A program made the translations under genes and the position numbers. Under the pieces are notes generated by a model. The model was not told where the DNA came from. It made no database searches and was given only the letters and a program-made list of their open reading frames with translations. 64,000 bases of DNA, taken from the IMG/VR virus record IMGVR_UViG_3300046460_000097; one strand, given 5' to 3'. This document shows positions 8,318 through 16,693 of the stretch, piece after piece; the first letter of the stretch is position 1; each line of letters opens with the position of its first letter. This stretch comes from a virus (taxonomy: Duplodnaviria; Caudoviricetes).

Positions 8318-9316
8318 ATGAATGTTAATAACTCGCAACTCGCTTACTTCCTCTGCGGTGGTACCGGTATCAACGTTGGTGTGGCTCTGAAGGGTGATTC
8401 CAAAACCGACAACAACAAGTCGGCCTTCTTCGTAGGTCTGGATTCCTCCAGCGCCAACTCTTCTCACGGCCTGTTCGAAATCGAATACATGGTCAAAGCC
8501 GGCAGCGCCGACGAGAAGACCCAAGGTTCCGGTAAAGTCAAAGCGACCAACTACCCACAAGCTGAACAGTTCGTTGCCCAGACTCTGGCCAAGCACAAAC
8601 CGCGTCCTTACAACGTCGTGGTCTGCAACACCGCTGGCGGTACCGGTTCGATGCTGGGCTTCGTGCTGGCACGTACGCTGCTGGCTCAAGGTCACCTGGT
8701 CGTGCTGTGCCTGATCAACGACATGACCTCCCAGGTCGAGATGTCCAACGCCGTCGGCTCCCTGCGCTCCTTCGCCAACCAAACCGGCCCGAACTTCCTG
8801 GACACGGTAATCCCGTACCTGGAATTCAACAACACCCTGGAAAACACTCGCGGCGAAGTCAACAGCAACATCGTTGACAAACTGAACATCCTCAGCCTGT
8901 TCCTGACCGGCGAGAATGGCGAGATGGACTACCAGGACGTCAAGAACCTGCTCAGCTACTCGAAGCACTACGGCGTACCGGCGGCTCTGTCGCGCATCCG
9001 TTTCTTCGACGCCGACGCAGTGGCTCAGTTCACTGGCAAAGTTCCGGTGGCCGTTGCTTCCCTGTTCAAGGACAGCAACAGCGTGATCCCTCGCTTCAAC
9101 GGTACCGTGATCCGTTCGACCGGTGTGTTCGCCAAAGACGTAGCCCGTCCGAAGAACACTGACGAACTGCACATGGTCCTGGACCACGGCGAAGCTCTGC
9201 AAGAGCTGGAGCAGAAGATGAAAGAGCTGGACGACCGTAAGGTTGCCTCGTCTTCCAACTTCGTTCAGCAGAAAGATCTGAGCGCCGGCGCTGATGCTTC
9301 GGGCTTCGTACCTTAA
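8318..9316 (+). CDS. phuZ: Phage tubulin PhuZ/TubZ
   Basis: CGGTGINVG T1 loop and NTAGGTGS tubulin signature; short C-terminal tail ending ASGFVP. ATG at 8318 is the likely start. Confidence 0.93.
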   Translation: MNVNNSQLAYFLCGGTGINVGVALKGDSKTDNNKSAFFVGLDSSSANSSHGLFEIEYMVKAGSADEKTQGSGKVKATNYPQAEQFVAQTLAKHKPRPYNVVVCNTAGGTGSMLGFVLARTLLAQGHLVVLCLINDMTSQVEMSNAVGSLRSFANQTGPNFLDTVIPYLEFNNTLENTRGEVNSNIVDKLNILSLFLTGENGEMDYQDVKNLLSYSKHYGVPAALSRIRFFDADAVAQFTGKVPVAVASLFKDSNSVIPRFNGTVIRSTGVFAKDVARPKNTDELHMVLDHGEALQELEQKMKELDDRKVASSSNFVQQKDLSAGADASGFVP

Positions 9317-9335
9317 GCACCTAGCAATATAGACG

Positions 9336-9374
9336 TAGGGTACCGGGGAGCGATCCTCGGTGCCTTATGGCTGC
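9336..9374 (+). terminator. Hairpin plus TATGGCTGC element after phuZ
   Basis: TAGGGTACCGGGGA-GCGA-TCCTCGGTGCCTTA stem, then TATGGCTGC at 9366-9374. Confidence 0.7.
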
Positions 9375-9449
9375 TATATTGTTTTTTGATATTTTCTTCT
9401 ACAGCTTCGCAATATCTATAGGAGATTATTCATTGGGAGGGGCAAGAAG

Positions 9450-9746
9450 GTGTCTAGAAGCTTCTGCATTGATTTTAAATCATACTCCCTACTCTATGTA
9501 GTGGGTGCAGATCGAAACGTCTTGAAGCGATGCGTGGACGGAATTGATCTTGCGTCTATTTTGATAGATGAGGGCTTCAATAACTTCGAGAATCCTTACG
9601 TGTATAACCGCATGAAGGGTCGCGATATCAATTCATTAAGGGAGCAAGTAGCTGGCGCTGTATTGGGGATTCCCAGGGACGCGTTGGTAAGTGTAAGGCG
9701 CTTGGGGAATAATCAGCACATCGTGTTGGTTACGCTAAAGTACTAA
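9450..9746 (+). CDS. Hypothetical protein (small-gene array 1)
   Basis: GTG start after a GGAGG-like tract; 98 aa. Confidence 0.55.
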   Translation: MSRSFCIDFKSYSLLYVVGADRNVLKRCVDGIDLASILIDEGFNNFENPYVYNRMKGRDINSLREQVAGAVLGIPRDALVSVRRLGNNQHIVLVTLKY

Positions 9747-9756
9747 AGGGGCTACC

Positions 9757-10305
9757 GTGATTTCATTCGACGTTCAACACTTGGCAAACAGTCTGCTTAT
9801 GGAGACTGGTGATACATATGCAGTAAAGGAAGAAATTGCAATACGAATGGTCGAAGCAGCAATCGATATCATCAACGAGCCTAGAAAGCAAGACGCCATT
9901 CTGGACCCGTTGAATCATATCTGGGAAACGCATTACGGACTGGTAACACCAGACCTTGTTATCCTAGCGGTCGTAGACGATCTACAGAAACAAATCAGAC
10001 AGCACAACTGGGATACACGGTTGGTTGTCAAGCCGACATTTAAGAAAGTGTCGAACACGTTCCATCGGGCTACTGTGCAGATGGATCTGGATGCCACCCT
10101 CGCCAGACAAAAGACCAAGCCCAAAAAGAAACGCGCTGTCCGGGCACAAGTAACGGCGACGACGGTGAGCGATAATCCTAGTGCGGAAGATATCAATGAA
10201 TTCCTTGATGTTGTTGAACGCAGGAGTGAGCGACGAACTCCGCTACTTTCAGATCGACACCCAAAATTTATTGCAGAACCTTTTGCAAGAGATCGGCGGG
10301 ATTAG
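9757..10305 (+). CDS. Hypothetical protein (small-gene array 1)
   Basis: GTG start with upstream GGGG; 182 aa; basic patch near the C-terminus. Confidence 0.65.
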   Translation: MISFDVQHLANSLLMETGDTYAVKEEIAIRMVEAAIDIINEPRKQDAILDPLNHIWETHYGLVTPDLVILAVVDDLQKQIRQHNWDTRLVVKPTFKKVSNTFHRATVQMDLDATLARQKTKPKKKRAVRAQVTATTVSDNPSAEDINEFLDVVERRSERRTPLLSDRHPKFIAEPFARDRRD

Positions 10306-10669
10306 TACAGGTATTCCTCCGGACTTTGATCGCTATAAGGAAATGGCGTGGGGACTGCTTGAAATGGGTGTGATGTATTTCGGGGTAGGTAAAGGTCGCA
10401 GGATCGATGAGCAGCGTTACAACCAAGCGTTAGTAAACAAGTTCACCTTGGCTGCTGATCGGGATGACATTATAACCGACATTGCTTCAGCGTTGCATAC
10501 GCAACTGAGCACTGTGCTGGACAAGACTGCTTTGGAATACCCGTTTGCATATCAGATGTTGGCGAATGGGGACATCCTGATCGGGATCGATGTACGGGAC
10601 TTTATTCCAACCCCGACAGACGATTTCGATCCTAATGAGGAGTGGGTTGATTATGAGCAGAGCACGTAG
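10271..10669 (+). CDS. Hypothetical protein (small-gene array 1; start uncertain)
   Basis: Frame of ORF 10181-10669; TTG at 10271 or a later ATG is the likely start. Confidence 0.55.
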   Translation: MQNLLQEIGGISTGIPPDFDRYKEMAWGLLEMGVMYFGVGKGRRIDEQRYNQALVNKFTLAADRDDIITDIASALHTQLSTVLDKTALEYPFAYQMLANGDILIGIDVRDFIPTPTDDFDPNEEWVDYEQST

Positions 10670-11021
10670 CATCCCACTAGGCGTCCTCCCCACGATATTC
10701 AAGAAGTTTGGGTATCTAGATGGGGAGGTCACCACCCTCATGACGATTTTGTTAATGATGTGCCGGACTAATGAAGAGACGTATCTCGAAGATATCATCT
10801 CGGAGTTCATTCGGACCGAAATGGATTTAGATCCGCTGCAAGCCCAGATCTTCATTCTGGAAGCGCTCCCAACCTTATTGGACATAGGCACACAGTTCAG
10901 GCGATTGGCATTGACCGGTCACCTGTTACGGTATGACGTGTTCGGATACACCATTCTTTTGGAAGTCGACGATGACTACTCGAACCTTCAGCCACTCAGT
11001 GTCGGTCCCACCACTGACTGA
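10653..11021 (+). CDS. Hypothetical protein (small-gene array 1)
   Basis: ATG at 10653 preceded by GAGGAG; overlaps the upstream stop. Confidence 0.6.
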   Translation: MSRARSIPLGVLPTIFKKFGYLDGEVTTLMTILLMMCRTNEETYLEDIISEFIRTEMDLDPLQAQIFILEALPTLLDIGTQFRRLALTGHLLRYDVFGYTILLEVDDDYSNLQPLSVGPTTD

Positions 11022-11274
11022 TGTACCAGAAATGCTGGGTGCATACGGAACCCTGTTCCAGTCGCTCGGCATCTCGTTTGCACAACCGTTTCCTTTTCCT
11101 CTGAGCACGGGGTTTACTCACCCGATCCCAGAGGAGAACAAGAAGCTTACCGATGAGTTCTTCATGACCTCAATGCAGCTGACTAGCGCCAGCCAGATGA
11201 ACGGCCCGCTATCGTTTGTAAACGCCAGTGTATCCAGTTCTATGGTGACATTCATTTTCCAGTACAACGAGTAA
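10972..11274 (+). CDS. Hypothetical protein (small-gene array 1)
   Basis: ATG at 10972 preceded by GGAAG; frame of ORF 10933-11274. Confidence 0.5.
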   Translation: MTTRTFSHSVSVPPLTDVPEMLGAYGTLFQSLGISFAQPFPFPLSTGFTHPIPEENKKLTDEFFMTSMQLTSASQMNGPLSFVNASVSSSMVTFIFQYNE

Positions 11275-11278
11275 CGAT

Positions 11279-11593
11279 ATGTGTAAACGCATCGTACAAA
11301 TTGATTACGAGGAGCTTGCGGATCATCTTCTAGTTTGTCATGCGTTAGACACACCAGCCGAATTGCTGACCTTCGAACGGGCGAGGGTTATCTTAGCTGA
11401 ACACGTCGAACTCATTATGGACGAGAGTGATTACTATAGCCCGGATGCTGTCCTGACCGATATCTTGTTTAAGCACCACACCTTTGGGTCTATTAAAGAT
11501 GTACATGTGACAACTGTCCCAGGTACCGTGGTGATTCGCGATGGCCATCCTTTGAAGCTTCCTCTGGTACTAATCGAGTTAGACTTTCTATAA
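11279..11593 (+). CDS. Hypothetical protein (small-gene array 1)
   Basis: ATG 4 nt after the upstream stop; 104 aa. Confidence 0.6.
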   Translation: MCKRIVQIDYEELADHLLVCHALDTPAELLTFERARVILAEHVELIMDESDYYSPDAVLTDILFKHHTFGSIKDVHVTTVPGTVVIRDGHPLKLPLVLIELDFL

Positions 11594-11605
11594 GGAGCAT
11601 GTTGT

Positions 11606-12019
11606 ATGGCAACCCCAAACCCCGCCCAGGGAGATATCGTCACTTTCCAACTGGTGGTCAACAGCGTCAACGGTGATGAGCGTGTGGATGTAAAGGTAGA
11701 CGGCCTGCTGAACTACTCCACTGCGCGCATGATCGACCCGCAACTTGTGATCAAGCACAAGAACCTTTATCCTTACTTCAAGGACAAGGTAAACCAAGTC
11801 GACGATCCGGCGATGTACAAATACCTAGCGCTGATCGGCCGTAACGGCGCTACCGAGATCATCGGTATCCCGTGGATTAACGATTCGACCTTCCGTGTCA
11901 TTGATGGTCGTAACGCTACGGTCGGCATTACCAACTGGCGTGAAGACTTCCGGGCTCCCCTGGCAACCTTCATGCAAGGGTTGGGCGCTTCCTACACACT
12001 CAACGTCTTCGATAAGTAA
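11606..12019 (+). CDS. Conserved hypothetical protein upstream of the DNA polymerase (phiKZ gp49 position)
   Basis: AAGGAG SD; strong codon bias; syntenic position. Confidence 0.7.
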   Translation: MATPNPAQGDIVTFQLVVNSVNGDERVDVKVDGLLNYSTARMIDPQLVIKHKNLYPYFKDKVNQVDDPAMYKYLALIGRNGATEIIGIPWINDSTFRVIDGRNATVGITNWREDFRAPLATFMQGLGASYTLNVFDK

Positions 12020-12030
12020 GGTGTGTAATT

Positions 12031-12083
12031 GATTACCGTGATTCCCATTAATAAGGGAGTCGCGGTAAATCACTTTATTTTTT
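12031..12083 (+). terminator. Intrinsic terminator
   Basis: TACCGTGATTCCC / GGGAGTCGCGGTA stem followed by a T tract. Confidence 0.65.
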
Positions 12084-12129
12084 GGTCCATCCATTTTTTA
12101 TTTAAAGAATCACCTAGGGATTAACTTAC

Positions 12130-14208
12130 ATGACCGCCATGGCTCAGCATCTGTCTCCGTTCATGGAGGTGGAATACAAACCGAACAAGGCGCTGCTGAA
12201 GAACTACCACTACCTCGCGGCTTCGTATCTGTCCGTGATGTACCAGTGGGATTACGACACAGTTCTTGAGTTGTGCGAAAAGATCTTCATTCCAAATGAG
12301 AACGGCTTTAAAGAAGCCAAGTTCAAGGTCTTTCAGAAGAACAAGTATGGCGACCGTGTTCCAGTCGTTATGCCTGCGCGTGAATTCTTTCAAACGGTAC
12401 AGGACAAGAACTACCACCTGTCTCCGTCGTTGGTGGCCTACACCCACACTGACGAAAAGCAATCCGTCAACGCTATTGGCACCGACACCTTTATTGAATT
12501 CCGCCGTTTGTATAAAGGCAAGCGTAAAGGCGTTCCGCACGGTAGCGACGACTGGCAAGCGTTCAACGAAATCCAGAACGCCCTGAAGATCTTCAACAAC
12601 GCCCAGTCGGGCGGTATGTCGTCTTCGGGTACTCCGCTGTTCAACAAGTCTGGCCACACCACACTGACCAGCACCTGCCGTGCATTGACTTCGACGGCTA
12701 ACCTGATTAACGAGCGGTTGATTACAGGTAACAGACTCCTGCTCAGTTACAACAAGTCCATGGAACTGTTTGTCAGTACCTTGGCATTCTCGGATCGCAA
12801 GCTGATCCAGAAAGTGATCGACGACTTCCAAATGAAGTACGCAACAGCCGATCAAGTAATGGACATGATCAAACGTTGCAGCGCTTACTACTGGAACAAT
12901 CCAAGTAGCATCAAAGCGATGGAGATGTTCGTTAAGAACCTTACTCCACTGGAACTGACGATCCTGCTCTGCACCATGGACTTGCGTGGTCTGTACACGA
13001 CCAACCCTGAGATGATGCGGACGTTCTTCGACGAGTGGTGTGCAATCCCTGCCATTCCAGAAGTGGGTAAACCAGAAGACTTCGTTAAACCAGCCAACGA
13101 TGACTACAAGGTTCTTTGTGTCACTAAGCTGGGCAAGAGTGCAACTGCTGAACAGATCAACCACCTCAACGCTTACCACATTACGCTGGAGCAGAAGTGG
13201 GGCGAGTTCATCAAGGCGTTCCTCAAGTCTGAGATCCCACCAACCGGTATCTTCAGCGTTAAAGAGATCGTGCGTGAAAACGTATTGACCTCCGACACAG
13301 ACTCCATGATCTACTCTGTGGACATGATCGTTGACGACTACGTTAAGGGTCCTGAATCCGGTCTGTGCTTCAACGGTGTATTGACCTACTTCATTCGTTC
13401 GATCTCTGTAGACCAGCATGCTCGTCTCAGTAAGAACATGAACGTAGCGAACCGCTACCTGCACCGTCTGAACATGAAGAACGAATACCTGTTCGGTTCG
13501 TATGTGACGACCTCGATGTCGAAGCACTACTACGCACTGCAGTTGATGATTGAAGGTATCCTCAACGATGAGCCGGATCTCGAAACCAAAGGCGTTCACT
13601 TGCGCGGTATCAAGATCGCCATGAAGGTACGTGAGTTCACCAACAAGTTGATGCGAGATGTATTGAACTGCATCTACAACGGTGGGCAACTCGATGCACC
13701 TGATCTGTTGCAGCAAGTGGCTGATCTGGAACGTGCTCTGTTCGAAGAGATCGAAGCAGGTGGCTGGAGCTGGTTGACCAAGAACGGGATTAAGGAAGAA
13801 GCGGCCTACACCACTCCTGAGTCGTCGATCTACTTCTACCACGAGATGTGGGTGAAGGTGTTCGCTGAGAAGTATGGCGCGGCTCCTGAGCTGCCGTACC
13901 GTGCGTACAAGGTTAACTTGGACATGAACAACAAGACGAAGATGAAGAACTACTTCGACTTGGTTAAGGATACTGAGGTCGGTAAGAAGTTTGAAGCTTA
14001 CATCACCGAGCGTAGTTCCTTGACATCCGTTTATATCCCGGTCGACATGATCGAATCGATTGGCGGTATCCCGAAAGAGATCTTGCCAATTGTAGATACT
14101 CGATTGTTGATCGCACAGAACTTCAAATCCATTTATGCCATTCTGGAATCACTTGGTTTGTTCATTATGAACTCCAAGGTATCCCGTCTGGTATCCGATG
14201 AACATTAA
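12130..14208 (+). CDS. Split family-B DNA polymerase, motif B/C (palm-thumb) subunit (phiKZ gp50-like)
   Basis: KIFNNAQSG (motif B-like) and LTSDTDSMIY (motif C); ETKGVHLRG; no exonuclease motifs. Confidence 0.85.
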   Translation: MTAMAQHLSPFMEVEYKPNKALLKNYHYLAASYLSVMYQWDYDTVLELCEKIFIPNENGFKEAKFKVFQKNKYGDRVPVVMPAREFFQTVQDKNYHLSPSLVAYTHTDEKQSVNAIGTDTFIEFRRLYKGKRKGVPHGSDDWQAFNEIQNALKIFNNAQSGGMSSSGTPLFNKSGHTTLTSTCRALTSTANLINERLITGNRLLLSYNKSMELFVSTLAFSDRKLIQKVIDDFQMKYATADQVMDMIKRCSAYYWNNPSSIKAMEMFVKNLTPLELTILLCTMDLRGLYTTNPEMMRTFFDEWCAIPAIPEVGKPEDFVKPANDDYKVLCVTKLGKSATAEQINHLNAYHITLEQKWGEFIKAFLKSEIPPTGIFSVKEIVRENVLTSDTDSMIYSVDMIVDDYVKGPESGLCFNGVLTYFIRSISVDQHARLSKNMNVANRYLHRLNMKNEYLFGSYVTTSMSKHYYALQLMIEGILNDEPDLETKGVHLRGIKIAMKVREFTNKLMRDVLNCIYNGGQLDAPDLLQQVADLERALFEEIEAGGWSWLTKNGIKEEAAYTTPESSIYFYHEMWVKVFAEKYGAAPELPYRAYKVNLDMNNKTKMKNYFDLVKDTEVGKKFEAYITERSSLTSVYIPVDMIESIGGIPKEILPIVDTRLLIAQNFKSIYAILESLGLFIMNSKVSRLVSDEH

Positions 14209-14220
14209 TAGGAGACGGCC

Positions 14221-14586
14221 ATGGGCACGTTGCATTCCTTAGAAGCAGCTAGGTATAAACGTGCCGTGCAAACGGAGTCATCCGCCAAGGCACGCGAACT
14301 GGCACAGTTGGTTAATCAGTGTTTAACTGCGTATCTGAAGTCAGCTAGTGAAGTGGCGTACGCTAAGAACGCGTTAGCTGCATATGACCAGAAGCCGTGG
14401 TGGTACCGCTTCTGCACAAGGACTGAAAAGTCAATATTGTTAACTGTGCTCGAAAATAGAACGTGGATCTGTACTCATCATTACAACGAACTGCGTCGTG
14501 CACGCGGGTACCTCCGTGAGCTGAGAGAGAAGGCCGACTGGCTAGCGAACCATCCGTGCATGACCAAACTGATAACTCCTGAGTGA
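14221..14586 (+). CDS. Hypothetical accessory protein (121 aa)
   Basis: AGGAG SD; helical, with a KPWWYRF segment. Confidence 0.6.
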   Translation: MGTLHSLEAARYKRAVQTESSAKARELAQLVNQCLTAYLKSASEVAYAKNALAAYDQKPWWYRFCTRTEKSILLTVLENRTWICTHHYNELRRARGYLRELREKADWLANHPCMTKLITPE

Positions 14587-14604
14587 GATACAGTTGAAGT
14601 CAGA

Positions 14605-14614
14605 CCTACATTAC
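14605..14614 (+). promoter_or_regulatory. Putative phage early promoter
   Basis: CCTACATTAC, 45 nt before the ATG at 14659. Confidence 0.6.
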
Positions 14615-14658
14615 TTGTGTGATAGATGTAATTATTAATTCAGGTAAGGGGGCAATAC

Positions 14659-15180
14659 ATGAGTCGTGAAATTCGCAAAGTACCTAAAGACTGGGCGCAC
14701 CCTATTGACCCTCGTGGCCATCACCATGACGGTAGTGTGTGGTACATTCCTCAGCACGACGGTAGCCGGTGGCATAGCGACAGCACCGACTATGACGAGG
14801 AAAAAGCTAAGTGGGACCGGGGCGAATATCCTGACTACACCTCTGAGGATAGCAAGAGGCTGTCTTATGAGGCATGGAACGGCAAGCGCCCTGAAAGGAA
14901 CCGGTATATGCCGGTCTGGGCTGAAGAAGAGAAGACACACTTCATGCTCTACGAAACCACAACGGAAGGTACACCAAAGAGTCCTGCATTCGACAACATC
15001 GAAGAGTTGGCTCAGTGGTTGGCCGTTACCAAAGCCACAACCTTCGGACGCGAGGTAGGGTCCTATGAGACCTGGCTGGCGTTCTGTCAGAAGGGGAGTA
15101 CCTGCGGGGTCGGCTTCGTCATGGATTCTGATGGTAGTAACTTTGCCACAGGTGTAGATGTTGTAGCCAAGCAACCATAA
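14659..15180 (+). CDS. Hypothetical accessory protein (173 aa)
   Basis: AAGGGG SD; Trp/acid-rich; has its own promoter motif. Confidence 0.7.
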   Translation: MSREIRKVPKDWAHPIDPRGHHHDGSVWYIPQHDGSRWHSDSTDYDEEKAKWDRGEYPDYTSEDSKRLSYEAWNGKRPERNRYMPVWAEEEKTHFMLYETTTEGTPKSPAFDNIEELAQWLAVTKATTFGREVGSYETWLAFCQKGSTCGVGFVMDSDGSNFATGVDVVAKQP

Positions 15181-15187
15181 ACCTATA

Positions 15188-15219
15188 ACTCCTACTGCCC
15201 CGCAAAGGGCAGTAGGAGT
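15188..15219. terminator. Bidirectional hairpin between convergent genes
   Basis: ACTCCTACTGCCC / GGGCAGTAGGAGT perfect 13-bp stem. GCAACCATAA at 15171-15180 reads TTATGGTTGC on the minus strand. Confidence 0.8.
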
Positions 15220-15311
15220 ATAAGGATTTTCAATTTATTTTCATTTTTATTTGTAAAAAAGGAAGTACTTCGTCGGATTAAACCGTTAAGTCTTCTCCCG
15301 TAAGATGAAAA

Positions 15312-16412
15312 TCAATTAAAATTGACGATGTTCAGTTCTTTTACTTCTTTCGCCAGATCGATCAACACCTGTCTGAAACTATTACCCGGCACACTTCTGT
15401 AGCGGTTAATCATAGTGTCAATGCAACGGTTGATAGGAACGTTGATGTCACTCGCCTTGTAGCCCATGCGGTTACCGATCGCCAGATAGATGGCGTACAG
15501 CTTCAGCACTTGTGGTTCCCAAGCCCACACAGTTTGCGAGAACACATTGTTCTGACCCGGATCAACATAGTTGAAGAACGGCTCCCGATATACACTACCG
15601 ATCTGGGTGATCAGGTTACCCACATCTATTAGACGACGATCCGTGAGAGTGTCAATAAGGAAGACCAGATATTCCTTGAGCAGCTTCTCCTCACCCAACG
15701 TGTTGAACACCACATTGTTAGTAGAGAGGAGAATCTTCAGCGGCTCTTCCTTTACAAAGAACTCGTAGAGGATGTTCGTGACCGTCAACTGGTTGTGTAT
15801 CAGTGTAGCGGTGACCAGCGGGTACTGACAGACATACGCATGGATGCCCGTGTTGGTCAGGCGGTCTTGGTTCATGTACAACCACCAGCCCAGCGCCAGC
15901 TCTACCAGATCGATACCGATGATGGCACAGTCCTTGAACTGTCCTTTAATGACGGGTTTCTCGACAGTGTGTTTGTACCCACGTTCCAATACCGTAGAGA
16001 ACAACGGGATAACCGGTTTCAGTTTTTCTACACGAAGGTCGTCATTATAGGCGTAGGTCTTCGTGTTATCGATCAGAACCCAGTGCTCTTGAACGTTCTC
16101 ACGATAGAAACCATCAACCGTCGTGTCACCGATGTGGTTGATAGAAGTAATCTTAAACGTGGTGCACAATGAATTAGCACGGAAACGTGTATACTTTACC
16201 ACGTAATCGAGTTCCCAGTCTGGATCGATGCTGAGCATCTGCAACAACCCTACCAGCCGGTGCTGGTTCTCCAGATTGAAAGGTGTGCGGTCAACGTAGT
16301 CACGGAAGTCTTTGCGGTTGATTTCAGTGACACGTTGAAGGTTATCCATTCCAGCAAAGCGACTACGGGGGTAGACGAACTTTCCGATATCAGGTAAAGA
16401 AAGGGTAAGCAT
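15312..16412 (-). CDS. Conserved protein divergent from chimallin (phiKZ gp52 position, probable virion protein)
   Basis: 366-aa ORF; the call rests on synteny. Confidence 0.6.
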   Translation of the reverse strand: MLTLSLPDIGKFVYPRSRFAGMDNLQRVTEINRKDFRDYVDRTPFNLENQHRLVGLLQMLSIDPDWELDYVVKYTRFRANSLCTTFKITSINHIGDTTVDGFYRENVQEHWVLIDNTKTYAYNDDLRVEKLKPVIPLFSTVLERGYKHTVEKPVIKGQFKDCAIIGIDLVELALGWWLYMNQDRLTNTGIHAYVCQYPLVTATLIHNQLTVTNILYEFFVKEEPLKILLSTNNVVFNTLGEEKLLKEYLVFLIDTLTDRRLIDVGNLITQIGSVYREPFFNYVDPGQNNVFSQTVWAWEPQVLKLYAIYLAIGNRMGYKASDINVPINRCIDTMINRYRSVPGNSFRQVLIDLAKEVKELNIVNFN

Positions 16413-16541
16413 GGGATAGCCTTCTGGAAATAAAGTTTCAGATGAATGCTATTATATGTGGATACACACATCAGGGGTAATTCCCTGAAGGGACCATAGC
16501 GTAATTTAAAAATTCGTGGTGTGGGTTTTAATGCCACTTTG

Positions 16542-16551
16542 CCTATATCAT
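16542..16551 (+). promoter_or_regulatory. Putative phage early promoter, upstream copy at chmA
   Basis: CCTATATCAT preceded by TTTG. Confidence 0.5.
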
Positions 16552-16597
16552 CCTAGACGTTTAGGGTGTAAACGGGGTGGGCTAAGAAAATTTGAAG

Positions 16598-16607
16598 CCT
16601 ACATTAC
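16598..16607 (+). promoter_or_regulatory. Putative phage early promoter for chimallin
   Basis: TTTGAAG-CCTACATTAC; overlapped by the dyad ATTACTA / TAGTAAT. Confidence 0.68.
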
Positions 16608-16693
16608 TAATGGGACTAGTAATACAGATGTTCGACATTTGTGAATATGGTCTCGCTTAAGCAAACTATCTTCGTACACAAGGAAATTATACC

